From assembly GCF_006345805.1 (NCBI RefSeq), contig NW_021833953.1:1-53959 (forward strand): a stretch of 53,959 bases of DNA, in the 5' to 3' direction. Below the pieces are notes generated by a model that worked only from the letters and a program-made list of their open reading frames with translations, ran no database searches and was not told the DNA's origin. This DNA comes from Octopus sinensis. Taxonomy: Eukaryota. Numbering within the stretch: the first letter of the stretch is position 1; each line of letters begins with the position of its first letter. Both the position numbers and the translations under genes were made by a program. Shown here one piece after another: positions 36,061 through 51,000 of this stretch.

Positions 36061-39000
36061 AATTACGCAAATATTACGTAATTTATTGCATAATCTCAAG
36101 TACCCCCATATGCTCACATTTAGGGACATCCCAAAATGCATAATATATTACGCAATTTATTACATAATCTCAAGTAGCCACATATAGTCACATCTAAAGA
36201 GCTCCCAAAATTGCATAAAATATTACGCAATTTATTTCATAATCTCAAGTACCCCCATATGCTCACATTTAAAGACCTCCCAAAATTGCATAATAAATTA
36301 CGCAATTTATTACATAATCTCAAATACCCGCATATGCTCTCGTCCAGGGAGCTCCCAAAATTGTATAAAATATTACGTAATTTATTGCATAATCTCAAGT
36401 ACCCCCATATGCTCAGATTTAGGGACATCCCAAAATGCATAATATATTACGCAATTTATTACATAATCTCAAGTAGCCACATATAGTCACATCTAAAGAG
36501 CTCCCAAAATTGCATAAAATATTACGCAATTTATTTCATAATCTCAAGTACCCCCATATGCTCACATTTAAAGACCTCCCAAAATTGCATAATAAATTAC
36601 GCAATTTATTACATAATCTCAAGTACCCCCATATCCTCACATCTAAGGAGCTCCCAAAATTGCACAAAATATTACGCAATTTATTGTATACTTTCAAGTA
36701 CCCCTATATGCACACATCTAGGGAGCTCCCAAAATTGTATAAAATATTACGTAATTTATTGCATAATCTCAAGTACCCCCATATGCTCACATTAAGGGAC
36801 ATCCCAAAATGCATAATATATTACGCAATTTATTGTATACTTTCAAGTACCCCTATATGCACACATCTAGGGAGCTCCCAAAATTGTATAAAATATTACG
36901 TAATTTATTGCATAATCTCAAGTACCCCCATATGCTCACATTAAGGGACATCCCAAAATGCATAATATATTACGCAATTTATTACATAATCTCAAGTAGC
37001 CACATATAGTCACATCTAAAGAGCTCCCAAAATTGCATAAAATATTACGCAATTTATTTCATAATCTCAAGTACCCCCATATGCTCACATTTAAAGACCT
37101 CCCAAAATTGCATAATAAATTACGCAATTTATTACATAATCTCAAATACCCGCATATGCTCTCGTCCAGGGAGCTCCCAAAATTGTATAAAATATTACGT
37201 AATTTATTGCATAATCTCAAGTACCCCCATATGCTCACATTTAGGGACCTCCCAAAATTGCATAATATATTACGCAATTTATTGCATAACTTCAAGTACC
37301 CCTATATGCACACATCTAGGGAACTCCTAAAATTGCATAATATATTACACAATTTATTGCATAATCTAAAATACCCCCATTTCCTCACATCTCGGGAGCT
37401 CCCAAAAATGTATAAAATATTACGTAATTTATTGCATAATCTCAAGTACCCCCATATGCTTACATTTAGGGACCTCCCAAAATTGCATAATATATTACGC
37501 AATTTATTACATAATCTCAAGTACCCGCATATGCTCACATCCAGGGAGCTCCTAAAATTGTATAAAATATTACGTAATTTATTACATAATCTCAAGTACC
37601 CCCATATTCTCACATTCAAAAAACTCCCAAAATTGCATAATATATTACGCAATTTATTGCATAATTTCAAGTACCCCTATATGCACACATCTAGGGAGCT
37701 CTTAAAATTGCATAATATATTACGCAATTTATTACATAATCTCAAGTACCCGCATATGCTCACATCCAGGGAGCTCCTAAAATTGTATAAAATATTACGT
37801 AATTTATTACATAATCTCAAGTACCCCCATATTCTCACATTCAAAAAACTCCCAAAATTGCATAATATATTACGCAATTTATTGCATAATTTCAAGTACC
37901 CCTATATGCACACATCTAGGGAGCTCTTAAAATTGCATAATATATTACGCAATTTATTGCATAATCTCAAGTACCCGCATATCCTCACATCTGTGGAGCT
38001 CCCAAAATTGTATAAAATATTACGTAATTTATTGCATAATCTCAAGTACCCCCATATGCTCACATTTAGGGACATCCCAAAATGCATAATATATTACGCA
38101 ATTTATTACATAATCTCAAGTACCCCCATATTCTCACATTCAAGGAACTCCCAAAATTGCATAAAATATTACGCAATTTATTGTATACTTTAAAGTACCC
38201 CTATATGCACACATCTAGGGAGCTCCCAAAATTGCATAATATATTACGCAATTTATTGCATAACATCAAGTACCCCAATATGCACACATCTAGGGAACTC
38301 TTAAAATTGCATAAAATATTACGCAATTTATTGTATACTTTAAAGTACCCCTATATGCACACATCTAGGGAGCTCCCAAAATTGCATAATATATTACGCA
38401 ATTTATTGCATAACATCAAGTACCCCAATATGCACACATCTAGGGAACTCCTAAAATTGCATAATATATTACGCAATTTATTGCATAATCTCAAGTACCC
38501 GCATTTCCTCACATCTCGGGAGCTCTCAAAATTGTATAAAATATTACGTAATTTATTGCATAATCTCAAGTACCTGCATATGTACACATCTAGGGAGCTC
38601 CTAAAATTGCATAATATTTTACGTAATTTATTGCATAATCTCAAGTACCCGCATATGTACACATCTAGGGAACTCCCAATATTGCATAATATATTACGCA
38701 ATTTTTTGTATAATCTCAAGTACCCTTATATCATCACATCTAGGGAGCTCCCAAAATTGTATAAAATATTACGTAATTTATTGCATAATCTCAAGTACCC
38801 CCATATGCTCACATTTAGGGACCTCCAAAATTGCATAATATATTACGCAATTTATTACATAATCTCAAGTACCCCCATATCCTCACATCTAAGGAGCTCC
38901 CAAAATTGCATAAAATATTACGCAATTTATTCCATAATCTCAAGTACCCCCCCATATCCTCACATCTAGGGAGCTCCCAAAATTGCATAATATATTACGC

Positions 39001-42000
39001 AATTTATTACATAATCTCAAGTACCCCCATATTCTCACATCTAAGGAGCTCCCAAAATTGCATAAAATATTACGCAATTTATTGTATACTTTCAAGTACC
39101 CCTATATGCACACATCTAGGGAGCTCCTAAAATTGCATAATATTTTACGTAATTTATTGCATAATCTCAAGTACCCCCATATTCTCACATCTAGGGAGCT
39201 CCCAAAATTGCATAAAATATTACGCAATTTATTGTATAATCTCAAGTACCCCTATATGCACACATCTAGGGAGCTCCCAAAATTGCATAATATATTACGC
39301 AATTTATTGCATAATCTCAAGTACCCCTATATGCACACATCTAGGGAGCTCCCAAAATTGCATAATATATTACGCAATTTATTGCATAATCTCAAGTACC
39401 CCCATATCCTCACATCTAAGGAGCTCCCAAAATTGCATAAAATATTACGCAATTTATTTTATAATCTCAAGTGCCCCCATATGCTCACATTTAAAGACTT
39501 CACGAAATTGCATAATATATTACGCAATTTATTACTTAATCTCAAGTACCCCCATATCCTCACATCTAAGGAGCTCCCAAAATTGCATAAAATATTACGC
39601 AATTTATTGTATAATCTCAAGTACCCCTATATGCACACATCTAGGGAGCTCCTAAAATTGCATAATATTTTACGTAATTTATTGCACATCTCAAATACCC
39701 GCATATGCTCACATCCAGGGAGCTCCCAAAATTGTATAAAATATTACGTAATTTATTGCATAATCTCAACTACCCCCATATGCTCACATTTAGGGACCTC
39801 CCAAAATTGCATAATATATTACGCAATTTATTGCATAACTTCAAGTACCCCTATATGCACACATCTAGGGAACTCCTAAAATTGCTTAAAATATTACGCA
39901 ATTTATTGCATAAAATATTACGCAATTTATTGCATAATTTCAAGTACCCCTATATGCACACATCTAGGGAGCTCCCAAAATTGCATAAAATATTACGCAA
40001 TTTATTGTATAATCTCAAGTACCCCTATATGCACACATCTAGGGAGCTCCCAAAATTGCATAATATATTACGCAATTTATTACATAATCTCAAGTACCCC
40101 CATATGCTCACATCTAGGAGCTCCCAAAATTGCATAAAATATTACGTAATTTATTGCATAATCTCAAGTACCCCCATATGCTCACATTTAGGGACCTCCC
40201 AAAATTGCATAATATATTACGCAATTTATTACATAATCTCAAGTACCCCCATATGCTCACATCTAGGGAGCTCCCAAAATTGCATAAAATATTACGCAAT
40301 TTATTACATAATCTCAAGTACCCCCATATCCTCACATCTAGGGAGCTCCCAAAATTGCATAATATATTACGCAATTTATTACATAATCTCAAGTACCCCC
40401 ATATGCTCACATCTAGGGAGCTCCCAAAATTGCATAAAATATTACGCAATTTATTGTATAATCTCAAGTACCCCTATATGCACACATCTAGGGAGCTCCT
40501 AAAATTGCATAATATTTTACGTAATTTATTACATAATCTCAAGTACCCCCATATTCTCACATCTAAGGAGCTCCCAAAATTGCATAAAATATTACGCAAT
40601 TTATTGTATACTTTCAAGTACCCCTATATGCACACATCTAGGGAGCTCCCAAAATTGCATAATATATTACGCAATTTATTGCATAATTTCAAGTACCCCT
40701 ATATGCACACATCTAGGGAGCTCTTAAAATTGCATAATATATTACGCAATTTATTGCATAATCTCAAGTACCCCCATATCCTCACATCTAAGGAGCTCCC
40801 AAAATTGCATAAAATATTACGCAATTTATTTTATAATCTCAAGTGCCCCCATATGCTCACATTTAAAGACTTCACGAAATTGCATAATATATTACGCAAT
40901 TTATTACTTAATCTCAAGTACCCCCATATCCTCACATCTAAGGAGCTCCCAAAATTGCATAAAATATTACGCAATTTATTGTATAATCTCAAGTACCCCT
41001 ATATGCACACATCTAGGGAGCTCCTAAAATTGCATAATATTTTACGTAATTTATTGCACATCTCAAATACCCGCATATGCTCACATCCAGGGAGCTCCCA
41101 AAATTGTATAAAATATTACGTAATTTATGCATAATCTCAACTACCCCCATATGCTCACATTTAGGGACCTCCCAAAATTGCATAATATTACGCAATTTAT
41201 TGCATAACTTCAAGTACCCCTATATGCACACATCTAGGGAACTCCTAAAATTGCTTAAAATATTACGCAATTTATTGCATAAAATATTACGCAATTTATT
41301 GCATAACTTCAAGTACCCCTATATGCACACATCTAGGGAACTCCTAAAATTGCATAAAATATTACGCAATTTATTGTATAATCTCAAGTACCCCTATATG
41401 CACACATCTAGGGAGCTCCCAAAATTGCATAATAAATTACGCAATTTATTACATAATCTCAAATACCCGCATATGCTCTCGTCCAGGGAGCTCCCAAAAT
41501 TGTATAAAATATTACGTAATTTATTGCATAATCTCAAGTACCCCCATATGCTCACATTTAGGGACCTCCCAAAATTGCATAATATATTACGCAATTTATT
41601 GCATAACTTCAAGTACCCCTATATGCACACATCTAGGGAACTCCTAAAATTGCATAATATATTACACAATTTATTGCATAATCTAAAATACCCCCATTTC
41701 CTCACATCTCGGGAGCTCCCAAAAATGTATAAAATATTACGTAATTTATTGCATAATCTCAAGTACCCCCATATGCTTACATTTAGGGACCTCCCAAAAT
41801 TGCATAATATATTACGCAATTTATTACATAATCTCAAGTACCCGCATATGCTCACATCCAGGGAGCTCCTAAAATTGTATAAAATATTACGTAATTTATT
41901 ACATAATCTCAAGTACCCCTATTCTCACATTCAAAAAACTCCCAAAATTGCATAATATATTACGCATTTATTGCATAATTTCAAGTACCCCTATATGCAC

Positions 42001-45000
42001 ACATCTAGGGAGCTCTTAAAATTGCATAATATATTACGCAATTTATTACATAATCTCAAGTACCCGCATATGCTCACATCCAGGGAGCTCCTAAAATTGT
42101 ATAAAATATTACGTAATTTATTACATAATCTCAAGTACCCCCATATTCTCACATTCAAAAAACTCCCAAAATTGCATAATATATTACGCAATTTATTGCA
42201 TAATTTCAAGTACCCCTATATGCACACATCTAGGGAGCTCCCAAAATTGCATAATATATTACGCAATTTATTGCATAATCTCAAGTACCCCCATATCCTC
42301 ACATCTAGGGAGCTCCCAAAATTGCATAAAATATTACGTAATTTATTGCATAATCTCAAGTACCCCCATATGCTCACATTTAGGGACATCCCAAAATTGC
42401 ATAATATATTACGCAATTTATTACATAATCTCAAGTACCCCCATATGCTCACATTTAGGGACATCCCAAAATTGCATAAAATATTACGTAATTTATTGTA
42501 TAATTTAAAGTACCCCTATATGCACACATCTAGGGAGCTCCCAAAATTGCATAATATATTACGCAATTTATTGCATAACATCAAGTACCCCAATATGCAC
42601 ACATCTAGGGAACTCCCAAAATTGCATAAAATATTACGCAATTTATTGTATACTTTAAAGTACCCCTATATGCACACATCTAGGGAGCTCCCAAAATTGC
42701 ATAATATATTACGCAATTTATTGCATAACATCAAGTACCCCAATATGCACACATCTAGGGAACTCCTAAAATTGCATAATATATTACGCAATTTATTGCA
42801 TAATCTCAAGTACCCGCATTTCCTCACATCTCGGAAGCTCTCAAAATTGTATAAAATATTACGTAATTTATTGCATAATCTCAAGTACCTGCATATGTAC
42901 ACATCTAGGGAGCTCCTAAAATTGCATAATATTTTACGTAATTTATTGCATAATCTCAAGTACCCGCATATGTACACATCTAGGGAACTCCCAATATTGC
43001 ATAATATATTACGCAATTTTTTGTATAATCTCAAGTACCCTTATATCATCACATCTAGGGAGCTCCCAAAATTGTATAAAATATTACGTAATTTATTGCA
43101 TAATCTCAAGTACCCCCATATGCTCACATTTAGGGACCTCCCAAAATTGCATAATAAATTACGCAATTTATTACATAATCTCAAGTACCCCAATATCCTC
43201 ACATCTAAGGAGCTCCCAAAATTGCATAAAATATTACGCAATTTATTACATAATCTCAAGTACCCCCATATCCTCACATCTTAGGAGCTCCCAAAATTGC
43301 ATAATATATTACGCAATTTATTACATAATCTCAAGTACCCCCATATTCTCACATCTAAGGAGCTCCCAAAATTGCATAAAATATTACGCAATTTATTGTA
43401 TACTTTCAAGTACCCCTATATGCACACATCTAGGGAGCTCCTAAAATTGCATAATATTTTACGTAATTTATTACATAATCTCAAGTACCCCCATATTCTC
43501 ACATCTAAGGAGCTCCCAAAATTGCATAAAATATTACGCAATTTATTGTATACTTTCAAGTACCCCTATATGCACACATCTAGGGAGCTCCCAAAATTGC
43601 ATAATATATTACGCAATTTATTGCATAATTTCAAGTACCCCTATATGCACACATCTAGGGAGCTCCCAAAATTGCATAATATATTACGCAATTTATTGCA
43701 TAATCTCAAGTACCCCCATATCCTCACATCTAAGGAGCTCCCAAAATTGCATAAAATATTACGCAATTTATTTTATAATCTCAAGTGCCCCCATATGCTC
43801 ACATTTAAAGACTTCACGAAATTGCATAATATATTACGCAATTTATTACTTAATCTCAAGTACCCCCATATCCTCACATCTAAGGAGCTCCCAAAATTGC
43901 ATAAAATATACGCAATTTATTGTATAATCTCAAGTACCCCTATATGCACACATCTAGGGAGCTCCTAAAATTGCATAATATTTTACGTAATTTATTGCAC
44001 ATCTCAAATACCCGCATATGCTCACATCCAGGGAGCTCCCAAAATTGTATAAAATATTACGTAATTTATTGCATAATCTCAAGTACCCCCATATGCTCAC
44101 ATTTAGGGACCTCCCAAAATTGCATAATATATTACGCAATTTATTGCATAACTTCAAGTACCCCTATATGCACACATCTAGGGAACTCCTAAAATTGCAT
44201 AAAATATTACGCAATTTATTGCATAAAATATTACGCAATTTATTGCATAACTTCAAGTACCCCTATATGCACACATCTAGGGAACTCCTAAAATTGCATA
44301 AAATATTACGCAATTTATTGTATACTTTCAAGTACCCCTATATGCACACATCTAGGGAGCTCCTAAAATTGCATAATATTTTACGTAATTTATTACATAA
44401 TCTCAAGTACCCCCATATTCTCACATCTAAGGAGCTCCCAAAATTGCATAAAATATTACGCAATTTATTGTATACTTTCAAGTACCCCTATATGCACACA
44501 TCTAGGGAGCTCTCAAAATTGCATAATATATTACGCAATTTATTGCATAATCTCAAGTACCCGCATATCCTCACATCTGTGGAGCTCCCAAAATTGTATA
44601 AAATATTACGTAATTTATTGCATAATCTCAAGTACCCCCATATGCTCACATTTAGGGACATCCCAAAATGCATAATATATTACGCAATTTATTACATAAT
44701 CTCAAGTAGCCACATATAGTCACATCTAAAGAGCTCCCAAAATTGCATAAAATATTACGCAATTTATTTCATAATCTCAAGTACCCCCATATGCTCACAT
44801 TTAAAGACCTCCCAAAATTGCATAATAAATTACGCAATTTATTACATAATCTCAAATACCCGCATATGCTCTCGTCCAGGGAGCTCCCAAAATTGTATAA
44901 AATATTACGTAATTTATTGCATAATCTCAAGTACCTGCATATGTACACATCTAGGGAGCTCCTAAAATTGCATAATATTTTACGTAATTTATTGCATAAT

Positions 45001-48000
45001 CTCAAGTACCCGCATATGTACACATCTAGGGAACTCCCAATATTGCATAATATATTACGCAATTTTTTGTATAATCTTAAGTACCCTTATATCATCACAT
45101 CTAGGGAGCTCCCAAAATTGTATAAAATATTACGTAATTTATTGCATAATCTCAAGTACCCCCATATCCTCACATCTAGGGAGCTCCCAAAATTGCATAA
45201 AATATTACGCAATTTATTGTATACTTTCAAGTACCCCCATATGCTCACATTTAGGGACCTCCCAAAATTGCATAATATATTACGCAATTTATTACATAAT
45301 CTCAAGTACCCCCATATTCTCACATCTAAGGAGCTCCCAAAATTGCATAAAATATTACGCAATTTATTGTATACTTTCAAGTACCCCTATATGCACACAT
45401 CTAGGGAGCTCCCAAAATTGCATAATATATTACGCAATTTATTGCATAACATCAAGTACCCCAATATGCACACATCTAGGGAACTCCTAAAATTGCATAA
45501 TATATTAAGCAATTTATTGCATAATCTCAAGTACCCGCATATCCTCACATCTGTGGAGCTCCCAAAATTGTATAAAATATTACGTAATTTATTGCTTAAT
45601 CTCAAGTACCCCCATATGCTCACATTTAAAGACCTTCCAAAATTGCATAATAAATTACGCAATTTATTACATAATCTCAAGTACCCCCATATCCTCAGAT
45701 CTAAGGAGCTCCCAAAATTGCATAAAATATTACGCAATTTATTGTATAATCTCAGTACCCCTATATGCACACATCTAGGGAGCTCCCAAAATTGCATAAT
45801 ATATTACGCAATTTATTATATAATTTCAAGTATCCCTATATACACACATCTAGGGAACTCCTAAAATTGCATAATATATTACGCAATTTATTGCATAACT
45901 TCAAGTACCCCTATATGCACACATCTAGGGAACTCCCAAAATTGCATAAAATATTACGCAATTTATTTCATAATCTCAAGTACCCCCATATGCTCACATT
46001 TAAAGACCTCCCAAAATTGCATAATAAATTACGCAATTTATTACATAATCTCAAATACCCGCATATGCTCTCGTCCAGGGAGCTCCCAAAATTGTATAAA
46101 ATATTACGTAATTTATTGCATAATCTCAAGTACCCCCATATGCTCAGATTTAGGGACATCCCAAAATGCATAATATATTACGCAATTTATTACATAATCT
46201 CAAGTAGCCACATATAGTCACATCTAAGAGCTCCCAAAATTGCATAAAATATTACGCAATTTATTTATAATCTCAAGTACCCCATATGCTCACATTTAAA
46301 GACCTCCCAAAATTGCATAATAAAATACGCAATTTATTACATAATCTCAAGTACCCCCATATCCTCACATCTAAGGAGCTCCCAAAATTGCACAAAATAT
46401 TACGCAATTTATTGTATACTTTCAAGTACCCCTATATGCACACATCTAGGGAGCTCCCAAAATTGTATAAAATATTACGTAATTTATTGCATAATCTCAA
46501 GTACCCCCATATGCTCACATTAAGGGACATCCCAAAATGCATAATATATTACGCAATTTATTGTATACTTTCAAGTACCCCTATATGCACACATCTAGGG
46601 AGCTCCCAAAATTGTATAAAATATTACGTAATTTATTGCATAATCTCAAGTACCTGCATATGTACACATCTAGGGAGCTCTTAAAATTGCATAATATATT
46701 ACGCAATTTATTGCATAATCTCAAGTACCCGCATATCCTCACATCTGTGGAGCTCCCAAAATTGTATAAAATATTACGTAATTTATTGCATAATCTCAAG
46801 TACCCCCATATGCTCACATTTAGGGACACCAAAATGCATATATATTACGCAATTTATTACATAATATCAAGTACCCCCATATTCTCACATTCAAGGAACT
46901 CCCAAAATTGCATAAAATATTACGCAATTTATTGTATACTTTAAGTACCCCTATATGCACACATCTAGGGAGCTCCCAAAATTGCAAATATATACGCAAT
47001 TTATTGCATAACATCAAGTACCCCAATATGCACACATCTAGGGAACTCCTAAAATTGCATAATATATTACGCAATTTATTGCATAATCTCAAGTACCCGC
47101 ATATCCTCACATCTGTGGAGCTCCCAAAATTGTATAAAATATTACGTAATTTATTGCATAATCTCAAGTACCCCCATATGCTCACATTTAAAGACCTCCC
47201 AAAATTGCATAATAAATTACGCAATTTATTACATAATCTCAAGTACCCCCATATCCTCAGATTTAAGGAGCTCCCAAAATTGCATAAAATATTACGCAAT
47301 TTATTGTATAATCTCAAGTACCCCTATATGCACACATCTAGTGAGCTCCCAAAATTGCATAATATATTACGCAATTTATTGCATAATTTCAAGTATCCCT
47401 ATATGCACACATCTAGGGAACTCCTAAAATTGCATAATATATTACGCAATTTATTGCATAACTTCAAGTACCCCTATATCCACACATCTAGGGAACTCCT
47501 AAAATTGCATAATATATTACACAATTTATTGCATAATCTAAAATACCCCCATTTCCTCACATCTCGGGAGCTCTCAAAATTGTATAAAATATTACGTAAT
47601 TTATTGGCATAATTCTCAAGTACCTGCATATGTACACATCTAGGGAGCCTAAAATTGCATAATATTTTACGTAATTTATTGCATAATCTCAAGTACCCGC
47701 ATATGTACACATCTAGGGAACTCCCAATATTGCATAATATATTACGCAATTTTTTGTATAATCTTAAGTACCCTTATATCATCACATCTAGGAGCTCCCA
47801 AAATTGTATAAAAATATTAAGTAATTATGCATAATCTCAAGTACCCCTATATGCACACATCTAGGGAGCTCCCAAAATTGCATAATATATTACGCAATTT
47901 ATTTATACTTTCAAGTACCCCCATATGCTCACATTTAGGGACCTCCCACCCAAAATGGCATAATATATACGCAATTATTACATAATCTCAAGTACCCCCC

Positions 48001-51000
48001 ATCTCACATCTCTAAGGAGCTCCCAAAATTGCATAAAATATTACGCAATTTATTGTATACTTTCAAGTACCCCTATATGCACACCATCTAGGGAGCTCCA
48101 AAATTGCATAATATATACGCAATTTATTGCATAACATCAAGTACCCCAATATGCAACATCTAGGGAACTCCTAAAATTGCATAATATATTAAGCAATTTT
48201 ATTGGATAATCTCAAGTACCCGCATATCCTCACATCCGTGGAGCTCCCAAAATTGTATAAAATATTACGTAATTTATTGCTTAATCTCAGTACCCCCATA
48301 TGCTCACATTTAAAGACCTTCCAAAATTGCATAATAAATTACGCAATTATTACTAATCTCAAGTACCCCCATATCCTCAGATCTAAGGAGCTCCCAAAAT
48401 TGCAAAAATATTACGCAATTTATTGTATAATCTCAGTCCCCTATATGCACACATCTAGGGAGCTCCCAAAATTGCATAATATATTACGCAATTTATTCCA
48501 TAATTTCAAGTATCCCTATATGCACACTAGGGAACTCCTAAAATTGCATAAGATATTACGCAATTTATTTATTGCATAACTCAAGTACCCCTATATGCAC
48601 ACATCTAGGGAACTCTAAAATTGCATAATATAAATTTTACACAATGTATTGCATAATCTAAATAATACCCCATTTCTCACTCTCGGGAGCTCCCAAAATT
48701 GTAGAAAATATTACGTAATTTTATGCATAATCTCAAGTACCTGCATATGTACACATCTAGGGGCTCCTAAAATTGCATAATATTTACGTAATTATTGCAT
48801 AATCTCAAGCTACCGCATATGTACACATCTAGGGAACTCCCAATATGCATAATATATTACGCAATTTTTTGTATAATCTCAAGTACCCTTATACATCACA
48901 TCTAGGGAGCTCCCAAAATTGTATAAAATATTACGTAATTTATTGCATATCTCAAGTACCCCCATATGCTCACATTAGGGACACTCCCAAAATTGCAGTA
49001 ATAAATTACGCAATTATTACATAATCTCAAGTACCCCAATATCCTCACAATCTAAGGAGCTCCAAAATTGCATTAAAATATTACGCAATTTATTACATAA
49101 TCTCAAGTACCCCCATATCCTCACCTCTTAGGAGCTCCCAAAATTGCATAATATATTACGCAATTTATTACATAATCTCAAGTACCCCCATATTCTCACA
49201 TCTAAGGAGCTCCCAAAATGCATAAAAAATATTACGCTATTTATTGTATACTTTCAAGTACCCCTATATGCACACATCTAGGGAGCTCCTAAAAATTGCA
49301 TAATATTTACGTAATGTATTACATAATCTCAAGTACCCCCATATTCTCACATCTAAGGAGCTCCCAAAATTGCATAAAATAGTACGCAATTTATTGTATA
49401 CTTTCAAGTACCCCTATATGCACACATCTAGGGAGCTCCCAAAATTGCATAACTATATTACGCAATTTATTGCATAATTTCAAGTACCCCTATATGCACA
49501 CATCTAGGGAGCTCTTAAAATTGCATAATATATACGCAATTTATTGCATACTCTCAAGTACCCCCATATCTCACAATCTAAGGAGCTCCCAAAATTGCAT
49601 AAAATATTACGCAATTATTTTATAATCTCAAGTGCCCCCATATGCTCACATTAAAGACTTCACGAAATTGTAATATATTACGCAATTGATTACTTAATCT
49701 CAAGTACCCCCATATCCTCACATCTAAGGAGCTCCCAAAATTGCATAAAATATACGCAATTGATTGATAATCTCAAGTTACCCCTATATGCACACATCTA
49801 GGGAGCTCTAAAATTGCATAATATTTTACGTAATTTAATATATTAATTCAAGTATCCCATATACACACATCTAGGGAACTCAAAATTGCATAATATATTA
49901 CGCAATTTAGGCATAACTTCAAGTACCCCTATATGCACACATCTGGGAACTCCCAAAATTGCATAAAATATTACGCAATTTATTTCATAATCTCAAGTAC
50001 CCCCATATGCTCACATTAAAGACCTCCCAAAATTGCATAATAAATTACGCAATTTATTCATAATCTAAATACCCGCATATGCTCCGTCCAGGGAGCCTCC
50101 CAAAATGTATAAATATTACGTATTTATTGCATAATCTCAAGTACCCCCATATGCTCAGATTTAGGGACATCCCAAAATGCATTATATTACGCAATTTATT
50201 ACATAATCTCAAGTAGCCACATATAGTCCATCTAAAGAGCTCCCAAAATTGCATAAAATATTACGCAATTTATTTCATATCTCAAGTACCCCCCATATGC
50301 TCACATTAAAACCTCCAAAATTGATAATAAATTACGCAATTTATTACATAATCTCAAGTACCCCATATCCTCACATCTAAGGAGCTCCCAAAATGCACAA
50401 AAATTATACGATTATTGTATATATAATTCAGTACCCCTATATGCACACATCTAGGGAGCTCCCCAAAATTGCATAATATATTACGCAATTAGTGAATTAA
50501 TTTCAAGTATCCCTATATACACACATCTAGGGAACTCCTAAAATTGCCATAATATATTACGCACATTTGCAGGAACTCAAGTACCCCTATATTCACACAT
50601 CTAGGGAACTCCCAAAATTGCATAAAATATACGCAATTATTTCAGAATCTCAGTACCCCCATATGCTCACATTTAAAGACCTCCCAAAATTGCATAATAA
50701 ATTACGCAATTTATTACATAATTCCAAATACCCGCATATGCTCTCGTCCAGGGAGCTCCCAAAAATGTATAAAATATTACGAATTTATTGCATAATCTCA
50801 AGTACCCCCATATGCTCAGATTTAGGGACATCCCAAAATGCATAATATATACGCAATTTATTACATAATCTCAAGTAGCCACATATAGTCACATCTAAGA
50901 GCCCCAAAATTGCATAAAAATTACGCAATTTATTTCATAATCTCAAGTACCCCATATGCTCACATTTAAAGACCTCCCAAAATTGCATAATAAATTACGC

